Of a stretch of DNA of 64,000 nt, positions 1-9,009 are shown in pieces. The stretch's first letter is position 1. Each line of letters begins with the position of its first letter. The position numbers were made by a program, and so were the translations under genes. This DNA comes from Lentisphaerae bacterium GWF2_45_14 (GTDB lineage Bacteria > Verrucomicrobiota > Lentisphaeria > Victivallales > GWF2-45-14). Below the pieces are notes generated by a model. It made no database searches. It saw only the letters and a list, made by a program, of their open reading frames with translations, and was not told the DNA's origin. Where the stretch lies: the NCBI GenBank assembly GCA_001804785.1, contig MHBG01000072.1:53002-117001 (forward strand), given 5' to 3'.

Positions 1-770
1 GTCAGAATCTGTTTCAACTGGACAGCACGTGGCTTATCGGGATTGGTCTGCTTTATCTGGACGAGCGGCTTCTTGATGTCGAGAGTTCCGCGGTAGACGC
101 GGCCTATGCCAATCCTGCCGACGTAGTCCGAGTAGTCGAGTGTTGCCACCTGCATCATTACGGGGCCTTCGCGATGTTCGGGTTCGGGAATGTATTCGAG
201 TATTGCGTCCATGAGGGGAAGTATTGAATCTCTGGAACCGTTCTCGAGGTCTGCCGTCGCCCATCCGTTGCGTCCGCTGGCGTAGAGAAGCGGAAAGTCG
301 AGCTGTTCTTCGGTCGCGTTGAGCTCAACAAAAAGGTCGAATACTTTCGAATGTACCTCGTGAGCGCGTGCGTCCGGCTTGTCAATCTTGTTTATGATGA
401 CGATTGGTTTGAGGTTGAGCTGAAGCGCCTTGTCAAGTACGAATCGTGTCTGGGGCATGGGGCCTTCGGCGGCGTCAACGAGCAAGAGTACGCCGTCGGC
501 GAGCTTGAGCACGCGTTCTACCTGTCCGCCGAAGTCACTGTGTCCTGGGGTGTCGATGATGTTTATCTTGACGTGCTTGTAGTGTACGCTCATATTTTTC
601 GCGAGGATGGTTATTCCGCGTTCGCGTTCGAGGTCGTTGCTGTCGAGAAAGCAGTCTCTCATCTGCTGGTTGTCCCTGAAAAGCTTGGACTGTTTGATGA
701 TTTCGTCTACGAGTGTGGTTTTGCCATGGTCAACGTGAGCTATTATGGCTATGTTCCTGATTTTACGCAT
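1..770 (-). CDS. typA: Translational GTPase TypA/BipA, N-terminal ~256 aa (gene continues past the window edge)
   Basis: Not in the ORF track, because there is no stop inside the window. My reverse-complement translation from ATG 770..768 reads [25 protein letters not shown]...[18 protein letters not shown]...[13 protein letters not shown]. This gives G1 (AHVDHGKTT), G3 (DTPGH) and G4 (NKID) motifs in TypA/BipA order. The listed + ORF 351..815 is its antisense shadow. Confidence 0.9.
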   Translation of the reverse strand, partial: MRKIRNIAIIAHVDHGKTTLVDEIIKQSKLFRDNQQMRDCFLDSNDLERERGITILAKNMSVHYKHVKINIIDTPGHSDFGGQVERVLKLADGVLLLVDAAEGPMPQTRFVLDKALQLNLKPIVIINKIDKPDARAHEVHSKVFDLFVELNATEEQLDFPLLYASGRNGWATADLENGSRDSILPLMDAILEYIPEPEHREGPVMMQVATLDYSDYVGRIGIGRVYRGTLDIKKPLVQIKQTNPDKPRAVQLKQIL

Positions 771-921
771 TTGTCTCCATTTCTGATAATTTCAAATTCA
801 AAGCCGATAATATAGCACAGGCGCGCAAATATAGTACCTCTTATTGAAAAAATGTTTTCCGATTGTTTTTTTTGTCCGAAGTCCCTGGGCGAAAAACCCT
901 TGAACTATCGAAATAAATATA

Positions 922-1833
922 TTAGCTGTATGAAAGCATCTTTAGAACCGGGATTTCCGCTTTCTGTCGAATATCCTCAGGGACGCTGATCTCTTCTTCC
1001 ATATTCTCAAGCGAAAGCATCAGCTTTGCAAGCGTTGTTTTTTTCATGTTCGGACAGACTGCCTCTTCGCAAAGCGCTATGAATTTTTTATCCGGGTTTT
1101 CCTTCTCCAGGCGATGAAGAAGCCCTGTCTCTGTCCCCACGATGATTTCTTTATACGGCATCAGTCGAGCGAATTCAAGCATGCCCCCGGTACTCAGGAC
1201 AGCATCGGCAAGGGCGCTTACGTCGGGAGAGGATTCAGGGTGAACAATCAGGGCTGCGGACGGATATTCACTCCTCTTTTTTATGATCATTTCAGGTATA
1301 AAGCGGACATGTGTCGGACAGAAGCCCGGATATAATATCATCTTGCGTCCTGACTGTTTTTCTGACCATGCACCGAGATTCGCATCCGGCACAAAAATAA
1401 TTTCTGACTCACGCGGTATTTTGGAGGCTATTTTTGCCGCGTTCGCGGACGTGCAGCAGATATCGCACTCCGCTTTAATCTCGGCAGTACTGTTTACATA
1501 GCACATCACCATAGCCGCGGGATGCGCCGCTTTGAGCTCTCTCAGAGACTTGATGTCTATCATATCCGCCATCGGACATCCGGCGTCGGCGACGGGAAGA
1601 AGTACGGTTTTAGACGGTGAAAGAATTTTTGCGGTCTCGGCCATGAAACTCACTCCGCAAAAAACGATAACATCTTCCTTAACATTTTTTGCTTTGATGC
1701 TCAATTCCAGTGAGTCACCTGTAAAGTCGGCGATATCTTGAATCTCGGGCCGCTGGTAATTATGCGCCAATATAATGGCGTTTCTTTTTTTACGGAGTAT
1801 CCCAATTTTTTCAATCATATCAAAATCAGACAT
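922..1833 (-). CDS. nadA: Quinolinate synthase A
   Basis: 303-aa ORF with ATG at 1833. The N-terminus ...LRKKRNAIILAHNYQRPEIQDIADFTGDSLELS... and the later FCGVSFMAETAKIL and TGGMLEF segments are typical NadA. It lies 14 nt downstream of nifS, an arrangement known from the Bacillus nifS-nad operon. Confidence 0.9.
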   Translation of the reverse strand: MSDFDMIEKIGILRKKRNAIILAHNYQRPEIQDIADFTGDSLELSIKAKNVKEDVIVFCGVSFMAETAKILSPSKTVLLPVADAGCPMADMIDIKSLRELKAAHPAAMVMCYVNSTAEIKAECDICCTSANAAKIASKIPRESEIIFVPDANLGAWSEKQSGRKMILYPGFCPTHVRFIPEMIIKKRSEYPSAALIVHPESSPDVSALADAVLSTGGMLEFARLMPYKEIIVGTETGLLHRLEKENPDKKFIALCEEAVCPNMKKTTLAKLMLSLENMEEEISVPEDIRQKAEIPVLKMLSYS

Positions 1834-1847
1834 TTCAAAACCTTTCT

Positions 1848-3005
1848 TTAAAAACGGGAAAAAATTGATCTCATATTCTTCATCACCTCCGGCAGGACAC
1901 TTAAAAAATAATCGACATCCGATTCAGTGGTAAATCTTCCCATGCTTATACGGAGCGCTCCGATGGCTTGAACGGGGTTCCGTCCGATTGCCAGCAGGAC
2001 ATGTGACGATTTCTTTTTTGAGGAACATGCGGAACCAGTCGAGACGGCAATCCCCATTGCGTCCAGTGTCGTCAGCAGATTCGGCGCCTGTCCCTCAAAG
2101 TCCCGGAACCCGATGTTGACGTTGTTAGGTATCCTGATGTTGCGGTGTCCGTTGAGGTATGCGGTGGGCATCTGTTCGAGAATAGTATCTATGATCTTAT
2201 CCCTTAATGAGATGAGGCGATTCATCTCAGGGAACATTTCTGCAATGCTGAGTTTTGCGGCTTTGGCGAATCCGACTATGCCTGGAACGTTTTCCGTGCC
2301 GGAGCGAATCCCCGACTCCTGTCCGCCGCCGTGCTGCCATGCGGAGATATTTACTCCGCGCCTGACATATAGCGCCCCGACTCCCTTGGGGCCGTAGATT
2401 TTATGGGCATTTATCGTAGCCATGTCGATATTTGATTTTTTTACATCGAAAGGAATTTTACCAAATGACTGACAGGCGTCAGTATGGAAATATATATCTC
2501 TTTCTCTGCATATTTTCCCGATTGCCTCGACAGGTTCAATAACGCCTATTTCGTTGTTCGCGTGCATTATTGAAACAAGAATGGTGTCCGGCTTTATGCT
2601 GTCGTTAAGTTGCCCGGTATTAATGAGTCCTTCGGAATCTACTGGCAGGTATGTGACGTCGAATCCCTGCTCCTTCAACCATGTACATGAGTTTGTAACA
2701 CATTCATGCTCTATTTGCGAGATTATGATGTGTTTCCCCTTTTTCCTGTTAGCGAATGCGCATCCCTTTGTCGCTAAATTATTCGATTCTGTTCCGCTTG
2801 ATGTGAAGATGATTTCATCTGGTTCCGCGTTCAGGCATGACGCGATATCGGCACGGGCTTTTTCGAGCGCTTCATGAGCTTTTTTCCCATTTGAGTGCAG
2901 GCTTGAGGGATTGCCGGCCTCATCTCTGAAGTAGGGCATCATTTCGATGATAACGCGCTCATCCATCGCAGTGCTTGCCGCGTTGTCCAGATAAATATTT
3001 CGCAT
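1848..3005 (-). CDS. nifS: Cysteine desulfurase (NifS/IscS-type class V aminotransferase)
   Basis: 385 aa. Motifs: FTSSGTESNNLA, HTDACQSFGKIP, the PLP-lysine context ATINAHKIYGPKGVGALY, and the active-site loop STGSACSS near the C-terminus. Confidence 0.85.
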   Translation of the reverse strand: MRNIYLDNAASTAMDERVIIEMMPYFRDEAGNPSSLHSNGKKAHEALEKARADIASCLNAEPDEIIFTSSGTESNNLATKGCAFANRKKGKHIIISQIEHECVTNSCTWLKEQGFDVTYLPVDSEGLINTGQLNDSIKPDTILVSIMHANNEIGVIEPVEAIGKICRERDIYFHTDACQSFGKIPFDVKKSNIDMATINAHKIYGPKGVGALYVRRGVNISAWQHGGGQESGIRSGTENVPGIVGFAKAAKLSIAEMFPEMNRLISLRDKIIDTILEQMPTAYLNGHRNIRIPNNVNIGFRDFEGQAPNLLTTLDAMGIAVSTGSACSSKKKSSHVLLAIGRNPVQAIGALRISMGRFTTESDVDYFLSVLPEVMKNMRSIFSRF

Positions 3006-3023
3006 TTTTTCTCCGGGGCTTTA

Positions 3024-3995
3024 TCAATCCAATGATTCAATAAGTCTCTTATCTTTTTCGGGGCTTCTTCCGCCTAAAGTAAGATAGCCTCCTATGAGCA
3101 TTCCGTTAGCCCCTGCATGGAAGGCCAGCCCCTGATAATCCTCAAGGGCGCTTTCCCGTCCGGCCGCGATTTTTATTATTCTGCCGGGATTCACCAGCCT
3201 GAACACCGCTATCGTGTTGAGTATTTCTCTGATACTTAAAGTATCGCTTTTCGCGGCTGTTCCTTCTATCTTTCTCAATATGTTCAGAGGTATTATGTCG
3301 ACATTGATATCATTGAGCGCCAATGCCATTTCCACCCTTTCTCGCGGTCCTTCGCCGAGCCCTATTATCCCGCCGCAGCACGCCTTCATTCCGGCCTTTT
3401 TGACTGCCCTGACGGTAAGGATTCTTCTTGCCGCGGAATGCGTCGTACATACCTTATGAAAATAAGAAGGGGCCGTCTCTATATTATGATTTACCGCCGA
3501 AACTCCCGCGTTTTTCAACATCTTCGCTGTTTCATCGCTTAATATTCCGGGCGAAACATGAAGTTCCAGGCCCGTTTCCTGAATTACTTTCGTGACTGTA
3601 TCCAGTATCCGCAGAAACTCTTCGTCGGGTTTTTCATAGCCGCGTCCGCTGAGGACTAGGCAGAACGACTCGGCGCCGTCGGACTTTGCTTTTCTGGCAT
3701 CGTTCAGTATATCATCAGCACTTTTTAACGGATAGGTTTTGATACCTGTGGGATTATGTGCGGACTGTGCGCAGAATGAACAGTTTTCGGAACATGCGCC
3801 CGACTTCGCGTTCGTAATTCCGCATGTCATAAAAGATTCTTTGCAATATTTTCTACGCACCTTGTCGGCAAGCGAATATAAGTCCATCAGGTAAGGCGCT
3901 CCAGTCTCTATCAGCGCAAGCGCTTCCTTTTCCTCAAGCTTTTCTCCATCAAGAACTTTATATGCGTTTAAAATTGTCCTGCTGCTGAATTCCAT
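3024..3995 (-). CDS. bioB: Biotin synthase-like radical SAM enzyme (BioB family, non-canonical auxiliary-cluster residues)
   Basis: Radical SAM triad GACSENCSFCAQS. Collinear by eye with E. coli BioB: ARKAKxxGxxxFC, NAGVSAVNHNIETAPSYF ~ YNHNLDTSPEFY, KACCGGIIGLGE ~ KVCSGGIVGLGE, IAAGRE ~ LSAGRE. The track start 4001 is TTG, so I use ATG 3995 (MEFSSR...). Confidence 0.65.
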   Translation of the reverse strand: MEFSSRTILNAYKVLDGEKLEEKEALALIETGAPYLMDLYSLADKVRRKYCKESFMTCGITNAKSGACSENCSFCAQSAHNPTGIKTYPLKSADDILNDARKAKSDGAESFCLVLSGRGYEKPDEEFLRILDTVTKVIQETGLELHVSPGILSDETAKMLKNAGVSAVNHNIETAPSYFHKVCTTHSAARRILTVRAVKKAGMKACCGGIIGLGEGPRERVEMALALNDINVDIIPLNILRKIEGTAAKSDTLSIREILNTIAVFRLVNPGRIIKIAAGRESALEDYQGLAFHAGANGMLIGGYLTLGGRSPEKDKRLIESLD

Positions 3996-4002
3996 AATCA
4001 AA

Positions 4003-5073
4003 TCACTCTGCTTTCATTATCTTGTCAATAACCCCACCGCCGACAACGATATCACCGTTATAGAATACCGCTGACTGCCCGGGCGCTGCCGCTGACTGAG
4101 GAGAATCGAATGTTATTTTTACTTTGCCATCCGGCATGTTTTCGAGGACGCCTGCGGCATCTTTCGATGAAGAACGTATTTTCACGGAAAGGTTTAGCGG
4201 CGTACTGAGTCCTTCAATTGCAATCCAGTTAAGGTCCGCTATGGAGATGGATGAAGATAATGTTTCCTCTTTCGTTCCGGCCGTAACTGTATTTTTTTCG
4301 GCGTCCGTGCTTATGACATAAAGCGGAACGGGATTAGATATCCCTAGTCCTTTTCGCTGGCCTGGCGTGTAGTTCCATGTTCCGCTGTGATGTCCCAGAG
4401 CTTTTCCGTCTTTATCGATTATGACGCCCTGTCTCGGTTGAATGCCGAGGAGTTCGGTATGGTCGCCGCAATAGAAATCCTGGCTTTCCTGTATGTCGGC
4501 GGCGGGGAAATTATTTTCGCCCGCGATTTTTCTGACTTCGTCCTTTGTCATATTTCCTAGCGGAAAGATTGTCCCGGCAAGCTGCTGTTGGCTAAGCCGA
4601 TATAGAAAATACGACTGATCTTTTTTTAAATCTTTACCACGGCGCAGCACTTGACGGGCATCGCGGCTTATTCTCGCATAGTGGCCTGTTGCAAAGGTAT
4701 CGAATGAGAGTCCTGACTGTCTGGCCTTTGAAAGCAGCAACCCGAACTTCATGGAGTGATTACATTTTACGCAGGGGTTCGGGGTCCGGCCCGCACTGTA
4801 TTCGTTCTTGAAATAGGAAAGAACTGTCTCCTTGTATTCCTTCGAACAGTCAAAAACATGGAACGGGATTCCGATGCGGTGGCAGAATTCTTGCGCCGAC
4901 AGAACGTCCTCTTTCTCCCCGGGCCCATAGCATGCGTGCTTGCGGACGGGTATAGAATCATCACCGTCCCATAACGCCATCGTGATTCCGATTACATCGT
5001 GTCCTTCTTTTTTGAGGAGCCATGCCGCGACGGACGAGTCAACGCCCCCGCTCATGCCGACCGCTACCTTCAT
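4003..5073 (-). CDS. mnmA: tRNA-specific 2-thiouridylase
   Basis: PP-loop MKVAVGMSGGVDSSVAAWLLK, then NPCVKCN and FATGHYAR motifs. Start moved from 5178 to ATG 5073, which overlaps the upstream stop as ATGA. The 35-aa N-terminal extension in the track has no family counterpart. Confidence 0.9.
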   Translation of the reverse strand: MKVAVGMSGGVDSSVAAWLLKKEGHDVIGITMALWDGDDSIPVRKHACYGPGEKEDVLSAQEFCHRIGIPFHVFDCSKEYKETVLSYFKNEYSAGRTPNPCVKCNHSMKFGLLLSKARQSGLSFDTFATGHYARISRDARQVLRRGKDLKKDQSYFLYRLSQQQLAGTIFPLGNMTKDEVRKIAGENNFPAADIQESQDFYCGDHTELLGIQPRQGVIIDKDGKALGHHSGTWNYTPGQRKGLGISNPVPLYVISTDAEKNTVTAGTKEETLSSSISIADLNWIAIEGLSTPLNLSVKIRSSSKDAAGVLENMPDGKVKITFDSPQSAAAPGQSAVFYNGDIVVGGGVIDKIMKAE

Positions 5074-5891
5074 TGGTTTTTCCCTTCGACCCTGATATTT
5101 TCGTTTAAACTGCCTCTTCGGTAACCATTCATATCCAGCGAGACCCACGTAAATCCGAGTTCTTTCAAATACTGGCATATCTGGATTCGGATTCTTTCAT
5201 CACAAATTCGAGGTATTTCTTCGGGCGGGACTTCGATACGTGCTGTTTCTCCGTGGTGTCTGACTCTGAGTTCCCTGAATCCCAACTCTCTGATGAATGA
5301 CTCCGCAAGGCGCACGGCATCAAGCTTTTCAGCTGTTATTGCGTTTCCGTAAGGTATGCGGCTTGCCAGGCACGGATTCGGTACCGCGTCCCACGTCTCA
5401 AGGCCTATTTCCTTCGAGTATTTTCGGACATCTTCCTTTGTGAAGCCGGCATCCAGTAAAGGGCTGATTATGCCTGATTCAGCGGCTGCCTTACGTCCCG
5501 GACGATAGTCGCTCAGATCGTCGTAATTAGTGCCGTCGAAAATTGTTTTTACGCATCGCTCCGCCGCCATTTTGAGGACTTTGGAGAAGAGTTCCTTTTT
5601 GCAGTGATAACAGCGGTCCGGGTTGTTCGCGATAAAGGATGGGTTTGAAAGTTCGGAAGTCTCGATGATAAGGTGCTCAACATTCAATCCTTTTGCGAAA
5701 AGTCTCGCGTTTTCCAATTCGGATTTTGTATAACTTTCTGAGACGGCAGTTACGGCGGTAATATTTGACGGCCCGGCGAAAACTGCGCACATTTTCAGAA
5801 GGAAGGCTGAATCTGTCCCGCCTGAAAAGAGTACGATTGTTCTACCGCTCCTTATGATTATTGAGCTGAGTTTTTCAATCTTTTTATCCAT
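5070..5891 (-). CDS. LarE-family PP-loop ATP pyrophosphatase / sulfur transferase (three-cysteine type)
   Basis: 273 aa. PP-loop VLFSGGTDSAFLLK. Collinear with Lactobacillus LarE (FSGGIDSTLVLK ... DYRPG ... SRFPYG ... VRVRxH ... ARIE ... GFRSG). It carries DRCYHCKK (CxxC) plus NPCLASRIPYG. Confidence 0.7.
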   Translation of the reverse strand: MDKKIEKLSSIIIRSGRTIVLFSGGTDSAFLLKMCAVFAGPSNITAVTAVSESYTKSELENARLFAKGLNVEHLIIETSELSNPSFIANNPDRCYHCKKELFSKVLKMAAERCVKTIFDGTNYDDLSDYRPGRKAAAESGIISPLLDAGFTKEDVRKYSKEIGLETWDAVPNPCLASRIPYGNAITAEKLDAVRLAESFIRELGFRELRVRHHGETARIEVPPEEIPRICDERIRIQICQYLKELGFTWVSLDMNGYRRGSLNENIRVEGKNQ

Positions 5892-6510
5892 GTTGAGCGG
5901 TTCCTTTTCTCAATGCCCATGAAAGAGCTATGTCGGCCTCTTTCGCGGCGGCGATATTTACCCTTGGCGCGAATGGAGGCAAGGCGGCGGATGCCTCGGA
6001 AACGCCGTCCCCGATAAGGAAAAATTTGTCATGTATCTTTTTTATCGTGATATTGTCGCTGTCTCCGCACCCGGCGATTCCGCTTGCGGAGATATAAAGT
6101 TTGCCCGAATTCATGTAAGCCTCAGTCAACATCTTTTTATTTTCGGCCCTGTCGAATGCCTCAATCACGATATCGCAGTCGGCAAAGGCACCTGATACAT
6201 TTGCATTGGTAACGCGTTCATTGAAAGTTTCGAGTTCCAGGTCAGGATCTATTCTTGAGAGGTTAACGCGAAGCGCATCCACCTTCCAGTGTCCGACCTG
6301 ATCGTAAAAATAGAACTGCCGGTTCAGATTTGAATACGAGACTTTGTCAAAATCGTATATTTTCAGTTTTCTGAAACCGCTTCTTACCAGAAATGCAGCG
6401 CAGTTCGACCCGAGTCCGCCCGCTCCGGCGATACCGGTTTTGATCTTGCCCAATTTTTCAAATGCCTCTTTCCCTAAACACGCAAGGAGTTCCTCTCTGA
6501 AGTTATTCAT
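5884..6510 (-). CDS. thiF: ThiF/MoeB-family sulfur-carrier adenylyltransferase (E1-like)
   Basis: Nucleotide-binding motif GIAGAGGLGSNCAAFLVRSG followed by DFDKVSYSNLNRQ. Start moved to ATG 6510 (MNNFREELL), giving TGATG coupling with the thiS stop. The 3' end overlaps the next start by 8 nt. Confidence 0.8.
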   Translation of the reverse strand: MNNFREELLACLGKEAFEKLGKIKTGIAGAGGLGSNCAAFLVRSGFRKLKIYDFDKVSYSNLNRQFYFYDQVGHWKVDALRVNLSRIDPDLELETFNERVTNANVSGAFADCDIVIEAFDRAENKKMLTEAYMNSGKLYISASGIAGCGDSDNITIKKIHDKFFLIGDGVSEASAALPPFAPRVNIAAAKEADIALSWALRKGTAQHG

Positions 6511-6713
6511 CACCCGCCACCTACGAAAGAAACAATCACTATGCTGTCGGAATCCCTGAGAAGAGTGTTTTCCCAAACTTCGCCTCCCAGTATTTCACCA
6601 TTATGTTCGACTACTATTTTTTCGGGATTGAGTTCCTTGAGTCTAACGAATTCGCTTATTGAAATCGCTGTCCCGTCCAGTTCGATCATTTGGCCATTTA
6701 GATTTATTTTCAT
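6510..6713 (-). CDS. thiS: ThiS-type beta-grasp sulfur-carrier protein (C-terminal Gly-Gly)
   Basis: 67 aa from ATG 6713 (MKINLNGQMIELDG...), ending ...IVIVSFVGGG-stop. ATGA overlap with the upstream PLP-enzyme stop. Size, the NG...E pattern and the GG terminus are typical of ThiS/MoaD-like carriers. Confidence 0.75.
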   Translation of the reverse strand: MKINLNGQMIELDGTAISISEFVRLKELNPEKIVVEHNGEILGGEVWENTLLRDSDSIVIVSFVGGG

Positions 6714-7873
6714 CCTTTCGCGCTCCCGCAAAGGTCATCCAATAAATCTGTTACATCTTCGAGTCCCGGTGAAAGTCTGATAAGATTATCCGTAATTCCG
6801 GCCTTCAACCTTTCCTCTGCTGGCATGGCGGCATGGGACATTTTTGCCGGATAGGAAAGTATCGACTCCACCCCGCCGAGGCTTACCGCCACCGACCATA
6901 TTTTGACGTTCTTCATTATTCTTGAGGCGCGTTCCAGTGAATCCGTCTCAATCGAAAGTACGGCTCCAAACCCATCCGCCTGATCCGCCATTATGTTGTG
7001 ACCCGGATGATTCGGCAGTCCAGGGTAATAGACCTTTGAAACCCATTTCTGCTCTCTGAGCCTGAACGCCAGTTGTGACGCACTTTCCTGCTGTGCTTTT
7101 ATCCTCGCGCCAAGAGTTTTTATTCCTCTCATCAGCAGCCATGAATCGTTAGGTCCGAGCACCGCTCCGCAGGTATTCTGAACCGTGTAAACTTCATGTC
7201 CAAGCTCTTCTGTGGCAGTTATTACCGCTCCGGCTATCAGGTCGCTGTGTCCGCCGAGAAATTTTGTGGCGCTGTGCACGACGATATCGACGCCCAAGTC
7301 CAGAGGGCGGAAGAGATACGGCGACATAAAAGTATTGTCGATGATGCTTATGAGCTTGTGACTTCGGGCAATTTTTACAGCGCCTTCGACGTCTGTTATT
7401 TTTAGCAGGGGATTGGACGGGGTTTCCAGAAAGAGTACTTTTGTTTCCGGCAATATAGCTTTTTCGATATTCTGGAGATTGGTGGTGTCGACAAAAGTGT
7501 GCTTAATTCCGTATTTCACCAGAAACTTTGTAACAAGCCTGTAAGTGCCCCCGTAAATGTCCTGCGCTATCACCAGATGGTCGCCTTGCTTGAGAACCGC
7601 CATGAGAGCGGAACTGATGGCGGCCATTCCGGAAGCGAAAGCATAACCATTCGTGCCGTTTTCTAGCGCGGCGAGAGTATCCTCAAGCGCTTTTCTGGTA
7701 GGATTGCCGGAGCGGGAATAATCAAACGGCTGACGTTTGTCAACATCGTCCTGCGCGTAAGTCGATGCGTTAAAAATCGGAACGCTCAAAGCACCTGTTG
7801 AAGGATCTTTAGCGCCCGCTTCATGTAGAATCCGTGTATCGTAATTAAATCGTTTTCCGGGTTTGCTTTTCAT
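6710..7873 (-). CDS. Cys/Met-metabolism PLP enzyme (cystathionine gamma-synthase / beta-lyase / gamma-lyase family)
   Basis: 387 aa. Motifs YSRSGNPTR, DIYGGTYRL, VHSATKFLGGHSDLIAG (PLP-Lys) and RLSPGLED. ATGA overlaps at both ends. Confidence 0.85.
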   Translation of the reverse strand: MKSKPGKRFNYDTRILHEAGAKDPSTGALSVPIFNASTYAQDDVDKRQPFDYSRSGNPTRKALEDTLAALENGTNGYAFASGMAAISSALMAVLKQGDHLVIAQDIYGGTYRLVTKFLVKYGIKHTFVDTTNLQNIEKAILPETKVLFLETPSNPLLKITDVEGAVKIARSHKLISIIDNTFMSPYLFRPLDLGVDIVVHSATKFLGGHSDLIAGAVITATEELGHEVYTVQNTCGAVLGPNDSWLLMRGIKTLGARIKAQQESASQLAFRLREQKWVSKVYYPGLPNHPGHNIMADQADGFGAVLSIETDSLERASRIMKNVKIWSVAVSLGGVESILSYPAKMSHAAMPAEERLKAGITDNLIRLSPGLEDVTDLLDDLCGSAKG

Positions 7874-9009
7874 TTTTCCATTGCCTGTTTTAAGTCATTG
7901 ATGAGATCGTTTACGTCTTCTATTCCTATGGAAATCCTTAACAAGTCATCGGTAATCCCGATTCTGTTTCTGAGTTCCTCGGGGATATCGCTGTGGGTCT
8001 GTTTTGCCGGGTAGGTGATGAGCGTTTCAATGCCTCCCAGACTCTCCGCGAAACTGATTACTTTCACGTTGTTTATGATTTTTTCAACGAGAGATTTATC
8101 TTTGACAGAGAAGGAAAGCATCGCGCCTGGCCCGGCCGACTGGATTTTATGAATATCCGCATGCGGGTGAGATTCAAGCCCCGGATAGTAAACCCTTGCG
8201 ACCTGCCTCCTGGCAGAGAGCCACCTTGCGACTTTTTGCGCGTTTTCCTGTGAGCGCTGCATCCTGACGGAAAGAGTCTTCATCCCGCGAAGGATGAGCC
8301 AGCTGTCAAAGGGAGAAAGTACAGCGCCTGTAGCATTCTGGATAAAAGCAAGCCGTGCGCAAAGCTCGGAGCCGTTTGCTGCCAGAAGCCCCGCGAGAGT
8401 ATCATTGTGACCGCCGAGGAACTTTGTCCCGCTGTGCGCGACGATGTCGGCGCCAAGTAGAAGCGGCTGCTGCAGAAGCGGTGTCATAAGGGTATTGTCA
8501 ACAATGCAGAGAATATTGTTTTTATGCGCGAATGCTGATATTTTTCGGATGTCGGATATCTTGAGAAGGGGATTAGTCGGACTCTCTATGAAAACCGCTT
8601 TCGTTTTGTCCTTTATGAATGCTTTTTCAAGATTCTTGAAACATGTGGTGTCAACAAAACTCGCCGAAAGCCCGAACTGGCTGAAGACCTTGTCCAGAAG
8701 CCTGTATGTCCCCCCGTAAAGGTCGTCAGAGAAAATTATATGGTCACCGCTTTTGAAGAGCATAAAGACGGCTGTTATCGCGGCAAGGCCAGTCGAGAAC
8801 GCAAAACCTTTTTCGCCGCTTTCAAGAGCTGCGATGCTTTCCTCAAGTACCTTCCTCGTCGGATTGGATGATCTCGAATAGTCGAATCCCGTGGACTCTC
8901 CCAGGGCCGGATGGCGGAAGGTCGAAGTCTGGTAAATAGGGGTGCTTACCGCACCCGTGACGGGATCGCCGCAAAGTCCGGCATGCGCTATAGCGGTATC
9001 TAATTTCAT
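7870..9009 (-). CDS. Cys/Met-metabolism PLP enzyme, second paralog (cystathionine beta-lyase/gamma-synthase family)
   Basis: 379 aa. Motifs [36 protein letters not shown] and RISIGIED. Same family as 6710..7873, arranged like a metI-metC pair. Confidence 0.85.
   Translation of the reverse strand: MKLDTAIAHAGLCGDPVTGAVSTPIYQTSTFRHPALGESTGFDYSRSSNPTRKVLEESIAALESGEKGFAFSTGLAAITAVFMLFKSGDHIIFSDDLYGGTYRLLDKVFSQFGLSASFVDTTCFKNLEKAFIKDKTKAVFIESPTNPLLKISDIRKISAFAHKNNILCIVDNTLMTPLLQQPLLLGADIVAHSGTKFLGGHNDTLAGLLAANGSELCARLAFIQNATGAVLSPFDSWLILRGMKTLSVRMQRSQENAQKVARWLSARRQVARVYYPGLESHPHADIHKIQSAGPGAMLSFSVKDKSLVEKIINNVKVISFAESLGGIETLITYPAKQTHSDIPEELRNRIGITDDLLRISIGIEDVNDLINDLKQAMEK

Noticed and set aside
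351-815. 154-aa + strand ORF from the track
   Set aside because: It is antisense to a clear TypA/BipA reading frame (G1/G3/G4 motifs on the minus strand) and has no recognisable motifs. It is a shadow ORF.
5074-5178. 35-aa N-terminal extension of mnmA (and the similar 22-aa extension of thiF at 6511..6576 and 6-aa extension of thiS)
   Set aside because: The extensions overlap the 3' ends of the upstream genes and have no family counterpart. Internal ATGs give canonical N-termini and ATGA/TGATG coupling.
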